From NCBI GenBank assembly GCA_015664425.1, contig DQQH01000258.1, forward strand, positions 9,359 through 73,358: a stretch of 64,000 nt of DNA, given 5' to 3'. Each line of letters opens with the position of its first letter. Position 1 is the first letter of the stretch. The stretch comes from Planctomycetota bacterium. Its GTDB lineage: Bacteria; Planctomycetota; UBA8108; UBA1146. Of the stretch, positions 1-8,171 are shown piece by piece. The position numbers and the translations under genes are program-made. The notes under the pieces were generated by a model that was not told the DNA's origin, made no database searches, and was given only the letters and a program-made list of their open reading frames with translations.

Positions 1-2
1 GC

Positions 3-659
3 GGATTCGCCGCACGGGTACGGGCGATCGCCTTCTCGCCAGAGCGTACCGCACCGAAAGAATTACCAGGGTCCCTCGAGGAACTGGTCGATAGTCGCTG
101 GCGTGGCATGGTGGCGATCGCCGACCCACGTTTCGGGACCACCTCGAGTCACCTGGCAGCACTGCGATCGGTCTGGGGTGCTGACCGCTACCGCGACTGG
201 CTTCGCCAGCTCAGGGCAAACGATGTCCAGGTGGTCGCGTCCAATTCAGCGACACGCGATCGAGTGCTCTCGGGGGAGGCTTCCCTGGGGCTCACCGACA
301 CCGACGACATCGAGGTGGTCCGCCGACGGGGGGAGTCGATCTCCGCGAGTTTCTTTCCCGAGGGAGGCACCTTCCTGATGCCCAACACCGTCGCCGTCGT
401 CAGTGGCGCACCTCATCTCGAAAGAGCGAAAGTACTGGTCGACTATCTCCTCTCTGTCGAGGTCGAGGAACAACTCGCGGCCGGTCCTTCACGCCAGATC
501 CCTCTTCGTCGAGATGTTCGGGTTCCCCCAGGAGGTCTGTCACTCGACGCCCTGGTGCTCCTGGAAGTTTCCCTCGAGGAAGCGGCATCGGCCCTCCCCG
601 AGGCTGTCGATGAGGCGGAGAGGGCGCTGATCGATCCTCCCGACGGCGAGACTCGATGA
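3..659 (+). CDS. Fe3+-type ABC transporter periplasmic substrate-binding protein, C-terminal part (gene begins upstream of the window)
   Basis: The frame is open from the window edge. The C-terminal sequence (...WRGMVAIADPRFGTTSSHLAAL...ASNSATRDRVLSGEASLGLTDTDD...) resembles FbpA/AfuA-like binding proteins. The stop overlaps the start of the downstream permease (ATGA at 656-659). Confidence 0.55.
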   Translation, partial: GFAARVRAIAFSPERTAPKELPGSLEELVDSRWRGMVAIADPRFGTTSSHLAALRSVWGADRYRDWLRQLRANDVQVVASNSATRDRVLSGEASLGLTDTDDIEVVRRRGESISASFFPEGGTFLMPNTVAVVSGAPHLERAKVLVDYLLSVEVEEQLAAGPSRQIPLRRDVRVPPGGLSLDALVLLEVSLEEAASALPEAVDEAERALIDPPDGETR

Positions 660-2026
660 CAGCGATCGAGGTGGCCCTGCTCCTCGATACTCTTCTCCTG
701 GCGTGCCTTTCCGCGGCGCTGGCGACGATCGTGGGGGGCAGTTTTGCCCTTCTTCTCACCTCCTACAGGGTGCCCGCTCCTCGACTCCTGCAGCTGCTCC
801 TCTCCCTTCCCTTCCTGCTGCCTGCGGTGGTCCTGACCACGGAATTGCAGGCCCTGCTGGGAGCAACGGCCCTGCAGCCTCTCCTGCGCGGGATGACAGG
901 GGTGGTCTTCATCGAGGGAATGCGCTGGGCGCCACTGGTGATGTGGGGCGCCCTGGCGGCGATATCGGCGCTCCCCGCAGAGGAGGAGAGAGCGTTGCGC
1001 CTGCTTCCACCCGGGAGTGCTGCCCTGCGCACCCGGGCAGCCCGTGTTCGCGGGGTATTGCTCAGGATGGGAGCGCTGGTGGCGATCTTCTCGATGACGA
1101 TGACGGAGGTTGCCGGCTATGCCTCGGTGGAGACGATCGGCACCCGGATCGTCGCACGGATGACACTCGGCGAGGATCTCCAGGCGTGGTGGCTGGCGTG
1201 CGGGCTGGTGGTGGTGTCGCTGCCATTGTTGCTGGTGGTCGTAAGCAAGCTGCTGCAGCCGGGGGCTCTCGCCGTGCCGACGGTGGATGGCCGCGCTGGG
1301 CTCGCCACCGACAGCAGGGTGAACTTCTTGCTGTGGGTCTTCGGGAGTTTTCCCGCCCTGCTTCTCATCGCCATCGCAGTGACCGCAGTTCCGGAAGCGA
1401 GCACATCTCGTGAGGCGCTGGTCGAAATGGGTCGTTCCCTCGGTGGTGTCGCCATCGAATTTCCCAGAGTGCTCCTCGTCGGTGCCCTCGTCACCCTCAT
1501 CGGCTGGCGGCTGGCCGACGGCGGGCACTTGTGGTTCGCTGCTCTGTTGTTGATCCCCGCTCTCCTCCCTGCGAGTGTCGTTGGCATCGTCCTCGTCGAA
1601 CGGGTCCAGCCCCTCTTGCCCGCATCTCTCGACCGCTGGCCGATCCTGATGACCCTCGCCGGGATTCTCCGTTTCGCGGCGGTCGGAGTGGTGGTCGGCT
1701 TCATCGCCAGGGTGAGTCTTCCTGCCGCCGAGGAAAACGCTGCTCGGTTGCTGAAGCCGGCCGCTGGTCGCTGGTGTGTCCGGGGCCCGCGGGCGTTTAC
1801 TCTGCTGGCGGCTGGAGTGCTGATCGTCGCCCTGCTGGCCCTCGGTGAGGTGGAGAGTGGTTTGCTGTTGATCCCCGCCGGACACCCCTCACCCGCCCTC
1901 GAGTTGCACCAGCTGCTGCACTTCAGGCAGGATGAGCAGGCTGGGCGACTTTCTCTGGCCCTCGCCATCGGCGGTGGGGGGTTGGCGCTGGTCCTGGTGC
2001 CACTGGCATCGAGGAGGAAGAGATGA
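656..2026 (+). CDS. ABC transporter permease (two-module, iron(III)/FbpB-like)
   Basis: 456-aa polytopic hydrophobic protein. It lies between the binding protein and the ATPase and has 4-nt overlaps at both ends. Confidence 0.6.
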   Translation: MTAIEVALLLDTLLLACLSAALATIVGGSFALLLTSYRVPAPRLLQLLLSLPFLLPAVVLTTELQALLGATALQPLLRGMTGVVFIEGMRWAPLVMWGALAAISALPAEEERALRLLPPGSAALRTRAARVRGVLLRMGALVAIFSMTMTEVAGYASVETIGTRIVARMTLGEDLQAWWLACGLVVVSLPLLLVVVSKLLQPGALAVPTVDGRAGLATDSRVNFLLWVFGSFPALLLIAIAVTAVPEASTSREALVEMGRSLGGVAIEFPRVLLVGALVTLIGWRLADGGHLWFAALLLIPALLPASVVGIVLVERVQPLLPASLDRWPILMTLAGILRFAAVGVVVGFIARVSLPAAEENAARLLKPAAGRWCVRGPRAFTLLAAGVLIVALLALGEVESGLLLIPAGHPSPALELHQLLHFRQDEQAGRLSLALAIGGGGLALVLVPLASRRKR

Positions 2027-2679
2027 CAGCGGAGCGCCTGGCCGTGAAGGGGCTCATCGTCCGGCGCGGCAATTTCATCGTTGGCCCCGTCGATCTCCAT
2101 CTGACGGCGGGAACTGTCGGTGTGGTGGTCGGCGACAATGGCAGCGGCAAGTCGACGCTGCTGCTCGCCCTGGCGGGGCTCATCACCGTCGAGGAGGGGA
2201 TCGTTACCCTCGATGGCAGCATCGTCGAGGGCGCGGGGAGTCGCGTCGATCCCTGGCGCAGAGGGATCGCCATCCTGCAGCAGAGCAGTGGCCTGTGGCC
2301 GCACCTCTCCCTGCGTCAGCAGTGCCGACTGGTCGCCGGAAGTGACGGCTTCGACGGGGCTGGAATCACCGCCTGCGCCGACAGGCTGGCCCTCGTCGAT
2401 CTTCTCGATCGAAAGCCGACCGACCTCTCGGGAGGAGAAGCGCAGAGGGGGGAACTGCTGCGGACCCTCGCCTCGGGGGCGAGGTTGATCCTCGCTGATG
2501 AGCCTTTCAGTGGCCAGCACCCCGCTGGGGTCGAGAAGATGGAGGATGAGTTCCGTCGAGCCACTGCGGCAGGTCGCAGCGTGTTGATCGCTTCTCACCG
2601 GGATGATGGCGATCGGGTCCTGCTCCGCCTCGGAGGTCCTCGACGGCAGGATCGCGAGTTCAGTTCTCCTGGTCCTTGA
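2023..2679 (+). CDS. ABC transporter ATP-binding protein
   Basis: Walker A GDNGSGKST, signature LSGGEAQR, and Walker B LILADEPF. Confidence 0.75.
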   Translation: MTAERLAVKGLIVRRGNFIVGPVDLHLTAGTVGVVVGDNGSGKSTLLLALAGLITVEEGIVTLDGSIVEGAGSRVDPWRRGIAILQQSSGLWPHLSLRQQCRLVAGSDGFDGAGITACADRLALVDLLDRKPTDLSGGEAQRGELLRTLASGARLILADEPFSGQHPAGVEKMEDEFRRATAAGRSVLIASHRDDGDRVLLRLGGPRRQDREFSSPGP

Positions 2680-3385
2680 CGAAGCGGCCGTCGACCATCG
2701 TCAGCCGGCGGTCGGCGCGAGCGGCCAGGTAGGGATCATGGGTGACCGTCAGGATCGTTGTTCCGAGGGTCTTGCTGAGGGTTTTGAAGAGTCGATGAAT
2801 CTTCTCGCTCGTCACCGAGTCGAGGTTGCCGCTCGGTTCATCGCAGAGCAGCAATGCCGGGTCGTTCATCAGGCCCCGAGCGATGGCGACCCGCTGCCGC
2901 TCACCCCCGGAGAGTGTGTTGGGGGCCTGCTTCTCCCGGCCCGTGAGGCCGACATGTTCGATCAACTCCCTGGCCCGTGCCTCCAGCTGCCTTCGTTCCC
3001 TGCGGAAATCGGAGGAGGAGCGGGAGACCATCGCCGGAAGAAGAACATTTTCGAGCAGATCGAGATCGGGCAGGAGGTGGAAGAACTGGAAAACAAAACC
3101 GATGAATCGACTTCTGAGAGCCGCCCGTTCGTTTTCCGTCAGGGTGCTCGCCTCGATGACACGATCTTCTGTGTGGTAGAAGATCTTCCCCGCCGAAGGG
3201 GTGTCGAGGAGGCCGAGGAGATTCAGCAGGGTGCTCTTGCCGACACCCGAGAGGCCGAGAACGGCGACCATCTCGCCTTTCTCGACGTGCAGATCGATGC
3301 CCCGGAGGACCTTCAGCTCGACACCCTGGCTGCTGAAGTGGCGGTGCAGCCCGGTTGCCTCGATGACGGTGGGTTTCTCATTCAT
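2660..3385 (-). CDS. lolD: LolD/MacB-type ABC ATP-binding protein
   Basis: Walker A GLSGVGKSTLL, signature LSGGERQRVAIARGL, and Walker B LLLCDEPSGNLD. It is coupled to the upstream FtsX-type permease by an 8-nt overlap. Confidence 0.8.
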   Translation of the reverse strand: MNEKPTVIEATGLHRHFSSQGVELKVLRGIDLHVEKGEMVAVLGLSGVGKSTLLNLLGLLDTPSAGKIFYHTEDRVIEASTLTENERAALRSRFIGFVFQFFHLLPDLDLLENVLLPAMVSRSSSDFRRERRQLEARARELIEHVGLTGREKQAPNTLSGGERQRVAIARGLMNDPALLLCDEPSGNLDSVTSEKIHRLFKTLSKTLGTTILTVTHDPYLAARADRRLTMVDGRFVKDQEN

Positions 3386-4799
3386 GGTGCAACGCCTCGA
3401 TCGGGTCTCGCTTTGCTGCCCACATCGCAGGAATTATGCTGCCGAGGAATCCAAAGGAGAGGGTCGGCACCAGCACCAGCAGGTAGTCCTGCCATGAGAG
3501 AACGGCGGGGATTTTGCTGAGATAGTAGACGTCGGGTGGGAAGAGCCGCCGGCCGGTCAAGTCGTAGATCCCGTCGTGGACGGCGTTGATGTTCTCGACC
3601 AGCAACCAGCCCAGGGTCGATCCGAGGAGGACGCCACTGACGCACAGCAGCAGCCCCTGCCCGAGAAAGAGCCGGATGACGCCGTTGCGTGTCGCCCCCA
3701 GCGATCGAAGAACGCCGATGTCACGGGTCTTCTCGATTCCCATCAGGGTCAGGATGAGGAAGATCATGCCGCTGGCAAAGGCGATCACCAGCATCATCAT
3801 CGTCGCGACGATGCGTTTCTCGATGTCGACCGCCTGCAGGAGCGTCGATCGTTGCTGCTCCCATGTCATGACGAGGATTGGCCGGTCGGGAAGTATCTCT
3901 GCCCCCGGGTTATCACGGTCATCGGCGATTCTCTTCCGGATCCTCTTGTCGATCAGATCACTGACCCCAGAGGCGTTGCGGTAGTCATCGATCTTGACCG
4001 CGATCCCCGAGATTCGAGAATCGCCCGTCTCGTCCTCCCACAGATCGAGGAACTCCTGGACCGCACGGATGTCGGCGTAGATCCAGCGCAGGTCCTGTTC
4101 GTAGGTGCCGCTCTGGAAGGCACCGGTGACGATGAAGTTCTGGACCACAGGCTCCAGGGTGACGGGGGAGTAGGAGGAGAGCTGAACCACCTCACCGAGT
4201 TGCAGTCGGTAGTGGCGTAGGGCTTCGATGCCAACGATCAGAGCCTGCGGGGGGGACTCGCCGGAGAATCCACTTTCGTCTGTCCCGTTGCCCAGTCGGC
4301 GGAGCATTTGCCGTCTGCGGTGGATGGAGAAGAACTCGCTGACCTCCGAGGAGAGCATCGGCTCGCGGTCGTCGGGCAACGAGGCGAAGGAATTGGCACG
4401 CAGATTCCTGATTTCGCTGTCGCGAAGAACGTAACGCTGGAATTCCCCCACCTCGCACTCCAGTTCCGGGACGATCCCGCGCAACTGGCAGTAGTCGAGG
4501 CCCTGGGACTTGTAGATGGCGAGGCTCTCGATGAAGGGCGCCGAGGCCTCGACGTGATCGACCGCTCCGATCTCATCGAGGAGCAGATCCTCGCCAACCA
4601 TTCCCTGTTGGGGACCACCGACCACCGTGATGTGGGAGAGGGAACCACGAATCCGTTCGCGCATCTCGTCCTTGAATCCTCCCATCACCGCCAGAACGGA
4701 GATCAGCGCGAAGACACCGAAAGCGACACCGAGTACCGCGGCGTATGGGATCACGCGCCTTAACAGGTACCTACGGGTGAGGAATGGGTGGTATCGCAC
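3378..4799 (-). CDS. LolC/LolE-family (MacB/FtsX) lipoprotein-release-type permease
   Basis: N-terminal TM helix, large periplasmic domain, and a C-terminal FtsX-like 3-TM bundle (...IGVLRSLGATRNGVIRLFLGQG...). Confidence 0.7.
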   Translation of the reverse strand: MRYHPFLTRRYLLRRVIPYAAVLGVAFGVFALISVLAVMGGFKDEMRERIRGSLSHITVVGGPQQGMVGEDLLLDEIGAVDHVEASAPFIESLAIYKSQGLDYCQLRGIVPELECEVGEFQRYVLRDSEIRNLRANSFASLPDDREPMLSSEVSEFFSIHRRRQMLRRLGNGTDESGFSGESPPQALIVGIEALRHYRLQLGEVVQLSSYSPVTLEPVVQNFIVTGAFQSGTYEQDLRWIYADIRAVQEFLDLWEDETGDSRISGIAVKIDDYRNASGVSDLIDKRIRKRIADDRDNPGAEILPDRPILVMTWEQQRSTLLQAVDIEKRIVATMMMLVIAFASGMIFLILTLMGIEKTRDIGVLRSLGATRNGVIRLFLGQGLLLCVSGVLLGSTLGWLLVENINAVHDGIYDLTGRRLFPPDVYYLSKIPAVLSWQDYLLVLVPTLSFGFLGSIIPAMWAAKRDPIEALHHE

Positions 4800-5198
4800 A
4801 ATCGTTCCGATCTGGGTGGACGTGGATCCGACTGGAGAGTGTACCTATCCTCAATGGTGTGAGGATGCAAGGATTGACAACTCCCCCTTCGGGGTCGCGG
4901 TATTCTCACAACCCATTTATTCTCACGAACTTGGGGGAGTGCTTATTTTCCTGTCATTCCGTTGAGAGGTTGCGCCTGAGTTACGGAATCGCTGTCGAAA
5001 GTAGGGATCCCTCGATAAAATAGGGGCGCCGGGTCGAGAGAACTGGCCAGCGAGTCCACGGTCCCAGAAGTTTTTGATCCCGATCGAAAGATCCGGCCTT
5101 CCAGGCCCTTGAAGCCTCTTCAGAACAAGGGCTTTCGAGTCGATGCCTGCCTGGACTGAACCCCTTTTTAGACCCGAATCACGGGAGAGGGAGTGCCG

Positions 5199-6287
5199 AT
5201 GCAAATCCGAGAGATTTCCGTCGAAGACTACGAGAAGGTTGTCGTCGCAGAGGACAAACCCTCCGGCCTGCACGCCATCATCGCGATTCACGACACCACT
5301 CTCGGCCCTGCTCTCGGGGGTCTGAGGATGTGGAATTACGCCGATGAGGAAGAGGCGCTCAACGACGTCCTGCGCCTGGCCAAGGGGATGACCTACAAGA
5401 GCGCCTGTGCGAACACCGGCCTGGGCGGCGGCAAGGCGGTGATCATCGGGGATCCCAACAACGACAAAACAGAGGAGAGATTTCGCGCCATGGGGCGCTT
5501 TGTCGAGAGCCTTGGCGGCAAGTACATCACTGCAGAGGATGTGGGGGTTCGAATCGAGGAACTCGAGTGGATCCGCTCCGAGACGCGCTACGTGACCGGA
5601 CTCTCTCGCAAGTCCGGATCGAGCGGGAATCCGTCTCCCTTCACCGCCAGAGGCGTCATGAGGGGGTTGCGGGCCTGCGTCGAGGAGGCGTTCGGAACCA
5701 GCCGCCTCGACAACTTCCACTACGCGGTCCAGGGTCTCGGCCAGGTGGGCGGCGACGTCGCCCGGGGGCTCTCGATGCTCGGTGCCTGGGTCACCGTCAC
5801 CGACATCGATGAGAATAAACTCGAGGAGTACACCGCCCTGCCAGGGATCGAGAGTGTCCCTCTCGATGAGATCTACGATGTCGATTGCGATGTTTTCATG
5901 CCCTGCGCCCTCGGGGGTATTCTCGATGGGGAGACGATCCCCCGCCTGAAAGCCAAGGTCGTCGCCGGTTGTGCCAACAACCAGCTCCTCGGGTCCGAGG
6001 ATGGGGATCATCTCCATAAACGGGGCATCCTCTACGCCCCTGATTTCGTGATCAACGCCGGTGGAATTATCAACGTCTCGATGGAAATCCGTCCGAACGG
6101 GTACGACGAGCGACTGGCAGTGGCCCAGATCGAGAACATCTACACCGCGCTCAAGGTGATTTTCGAAACCTCCCGTCGCGATGAAGTGACGCCGACGATT
6201 GCTGCTGAGAGAGTTGCCGAAAAACGCCTGAGGGAAGCACGCGAGCGCAACGGCAAACCGGTGGCAGATTCGGCCCCGACGCCGTGA
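5199..6287 (+). CDS. ldh: Leucine (Glu/Leu/Phe/Val-family) dehydrogenase
   Basis: GGLRMWNY...KGMTYKSACANTGLGGGKAVIIGDP and the Rossmann motif VQGLGQVGG. The ATG at 5199 follows a GGGAGAGGGAG RBS; an in-frame GTG at 5193 is also possible. Confidence 0.8.
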   Translation: MQIREISVEDYEKVVVAEDKPSGLHAIIAIHDTTLGPALGGLRMWNYADEEEALNDVLRLAKGMTYKSACANTGLGGGKAVIIGDPNNDKTEERFRAMGRFVESLGGKYITAEDVGVRIEELEWIRSETRYVTGLSRKSGSSGNPSPFTARGVMRGLRACVEEAFGTSRLDNFHYAVQGLGQVGGDVARGLSMLGAWVTVTDIDENKLEEYTALPGIESVPLDEIYDVDCDVFMPCALGGILDGETIPRLKAKVVAGCANNQLLGSEDGDHLHKRGILYAPDFVINAGGIINVSMEIRPNGYDERLAVAQIENIYTALKVIFETSRRDEVTPTIAAERVAEKRLREARERNGKPVADSAPTP

Positions 6288-6682
6288 ACCCGCCGGCGTC
6301 TCCAGCGGGGGAGTCCCTGCCACGTGGGGCCCGGCTGCTCAACAGAAACGACTTCCGGCATGTCTTCCGCGGCGGTCGGAGGTGTCGATCCTCCCACCTT
6401 CATCTGGTTCTTCTGGAGAACTCCCTGGGGTATTCCCGCATCGGGCTGGCGGTCAGCCGCAAGGTCGGCGGGTCGGTCGTTCGAAATCTCATCAAGCGTC
6501 GCCTTCGAGAGCTGTTCAGGAGGAACCGCGAGCTGCTGAAGAAGGGCACCGATGTCGTCGTGATTCCCCAGCCGGGGGTCGATGGTCTGACCTTCCAGCA
6601 ACTCGCCGATGATTTTCTCGGACTGCTCTCGAGGACGTTTGCGGCGGAATCTTCCCACCCCCGGGGGGAGCCCACCCGGTGA
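6284..6682 (+). CDS. rnpA: Ribonuclease P protein component
   Basis: [15 protein letters not shown]...[28 protein letters not shown] is a typical RnpA core. The GTG start overlaps the ldh stop (GTGA). Confidence 0.8.
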   Translation: MNPPASPAGESLPRGARLLNRNDFRHVFRGGRRCRSSHLHLVLLENSLGYSRIGLAVSRKVGGSVVRNLIKRRLRELFRRNRELLKKGTDVVVIPQPGVDGLTFQQLADDFLGLLSRTFAAESSHPRGEPTR

Positions 6683-6930
6683 CCGGGGTTCCGCCGTCGG
6701 TTTCTCTCGCCGCCCGGGCTCTGATCGCCCTTGTCAGCGTCTATCGTCGCTTGATCTCGCCCCTCCTTCCGCCCCTCTGCCGCTTCCAGCCGAGTTGTTC
6801 CGAGTATGCTCTCGAGGCTCTGCGCCTCAGAGGAGCGGGTAAGGGGCTGATCCTGACGATCTGGCGCCTTCTCCGCTGCCACCCTTTCAGCCGCGGCGGC
6901 CACGACCCGGTTCCTCCCCCTCAGCACTGA
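6679..6930 (+). CDS. yidD: Membrane protein insertion efficiency factor YidD
   Basis: [28 protein letters not shown]...[14 protein letters not shown] is the YidD signature. The GTG start overlaps the rnpA stop (GTGA). Confidence 0.85.
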   Translation: MTGVPPSVSLAARALIALVSVYRRLISPLLPPLCRFQPSCSEYALEALRLRGAGKGLILTIWRLLRCHPFSRGGHDPVPPPQH

Positions 6931-6970
6931 ATTTCGTCGCCTTCGGGGAACACGCCATTGCCTGGCTCCG

Positions 6971-6997
6971 TTATGCTATGTAAAGTATAAAGTACAT
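6971..6997 (+). promoter_or_regulatory. AT-rich island with an imperfect palindrome ATGTA-N10-TACAT upstream of the MerR-family gene
   Basis: ttatgctATGTAaagtataaagTACAT is the only strongly AT-rich stretch for several kb. It lies 30-85 nt upstream of the candidate MerR starts. Confidence 0.3.
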
Positions 6998-7028
6998 CAG
7001 CGGAGACGCCCGCACGAGAGGTCGGAAA

Positions 7029-7355
7029 GTGAGAAGGAAAGCATTTTCAGGAGCCCTGCTGGGGGCTGCGCCGGGGGGAGAGATGGCGATGGTTCCGGAG
7101 AAAGAGGTCGACCGCTCCTCCCCCGTCCCGCGCAAGCTCTACAAGACCGGGGAGATCATGGCTCACACCGGGATTTCCCGGCAGACCCTCCACAACTACA
7201 CCCTCTTTGGCCTGATCAGGGAAGAGGAGCGGACCCCTTCGGGGCATCGTCTCTACGCTGAGGAGGTCTTCATCCGTCTGGCGAAGATCAACGACCTGAA
7301 GGAAAAACTCAGCCTCAGGGAGATCAAAGAGATGGTCGAGAAGGGGAGAATCTGA
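7029..7355 (+). CDS. Short MerR-family HTH transcriptional regulator (true start may be the ATG at 7083)
   Basis: YKTGEIMAHTGISRQTLHNYTLFGLIREEERTPSGHRLY is a MerR-type winged HTH. Only a short helix follows it, with no effector domain. Confidence 0.7.
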   Translation: MRRKAFSGALLGAAPGGEMAMVPEKEVDRSSPVPRKLYKTGEIMAHTGISRQTLHNYTLFGLIREEERTPSGHRLYAEEVFIRLAKINDLKEKLSLREIKEMVEKGRI

Positions 7356-7519
7356 TGGAAATACTCGACTCAGGCTTGACCACGCTTCTTCTCATCCTCG
7401 CCCTTCTGTGCTTCCTGATCCCGCAACGCAATCGCAGAAAAAGCCCCGTCCAGGGGGTCTCCACCCCTCGTTCTCCTGGCTTCGGAGTCAGACGAGACAG
7501 CGAATCGAGGGGGAGTTGA
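7355..7519 (+). CDS. Candidate 54-aa single-TM mini-protein translationally coupled to the MerR gene
   Basis: The ATG overlaps the MerR stop (TGATG). Hand translation: MEILDSGLTTLLLILALLCFLIPQRNRRKSPVQGVSTPRSPGFGVRRDSESRGS, a hydrophobic helix followed by a basic tail. It falls below the ORF-track length cut-off. Confidence 0.3.
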   Translation: MEILDSGLTTLLLILALLCFLIPQRNRRKSPVQGVSTPRSPGFGVRRDSESRGS

Positions 7520-7580
7520 CCCTCACCACTTCTTCCCCTCGCAAGCCGTGGGGGTTTTCAGCAATTGAAGGAGACGGACG

Positions 7581-8030
7581 ATGACGACAATCGACCCGCG
7601 TGATGATGCGAGAAGGCTCCGCGACGGATTGCGGCGCCAGAGAGAGATCTACAGCGAACTCTACAACCTCTTCGAACAGACGCTCCTGGAGGGCGCCGAT
7701 GACCTCTTGAACTGGGTGTTCGCCAGCGAGGACGTGGTCAATCGGGCAGCAGTCGTCGACGCAGAGATCGACGAGGTCAAGGAGCGCTGGGAGACCCAGA
7801 GGAAAGATGTTCCCGACGCCCTCATCGCCGAGGTCCGTCTCGAGCGCGACCTTCTCCACCAGAACCTCCAGGACCTCCAGCGGATGCAAGAAAAGCAGTT
7901 GCAGCGCATATCGATGGGTTTCGAGGAGAAGAGCGAGAGGGTCAGAAAGGCCGAGGGACAGCGTCGGATCCAGGAGGTCTACGGTGCCTCTCCGGCGGTT
8001 TCAAACCGGTTCAGCGGCCACCTCGACTGA
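7581..8030 (+). CDS. Hypothetical coiled-coil protein (149 aa)
   Basis: A GGAGACGG RBS precedes the ATG. The sequence is charged and helical, and I recognise no family motif. Confidence 0.45.
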   Translation: MTTIDPRDDARRLRDGLRRQREIYSELYNLFEQTLLEGADDLLNWVFASEDVVNRAAVVDAEIDEVKERWETQRKDVPDALIAEVRLERDLLHQNLQDLQRMQEKQLQRISMGFEEKSERVRKAEGQRRIQEVYGASPAVSNRFSGHLD

Positions 8031-8171
8031 GTCCGTGGGAACCAGGGTGTGGCTGCCAACCCCGGAGTATCTTGCAAATGCCAGTGTGCTACCCTTCCCA
8101 GCCTGACTGACTCGCATGGCTCGACCTGGCACTGGACCTGCCAGAGGTTTCGCGGGAAGGAAGTTCTCGAA

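Noticed and set aside
443-2598. Long antisense ORFs (443..1885 and 1117..2598, minus strand; 480 and 493 aa) opposite the ABC permease and ATPase genes
   Set aside because: Their translations are Arg/Pro/Gly/Ser-rich low-complexity sequence with no motifs. They are shadow ORFs, typical of GC-rich DNA where stop codons are rare. The plus-strand genes carry clear ABC motifs.
2660-2679. 20-bp convergent 3'-end overlap of the ABC ATPase and lolD
   Set aside because: Short convergent overlaps are common in compact GC-rich genomes, and no hairpin or other signal is evident in the overlap.
4873-4906. TTGACA ... TATTCT as a sigma70 promoter for ldh
   Set aside because: By my count the spacer is 21 nt, too long for a canonical promoter. 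The TATTCT is better explained as part of the TATTCTCAC direct repeat.
4923-6323. 466-aa minus-strand ORF opposite ldh
   Set aside because: It has no recognisable domain and overlaps a strongly supported leucine dehydrogenase gene. It is a GC-rich shadow ORF.
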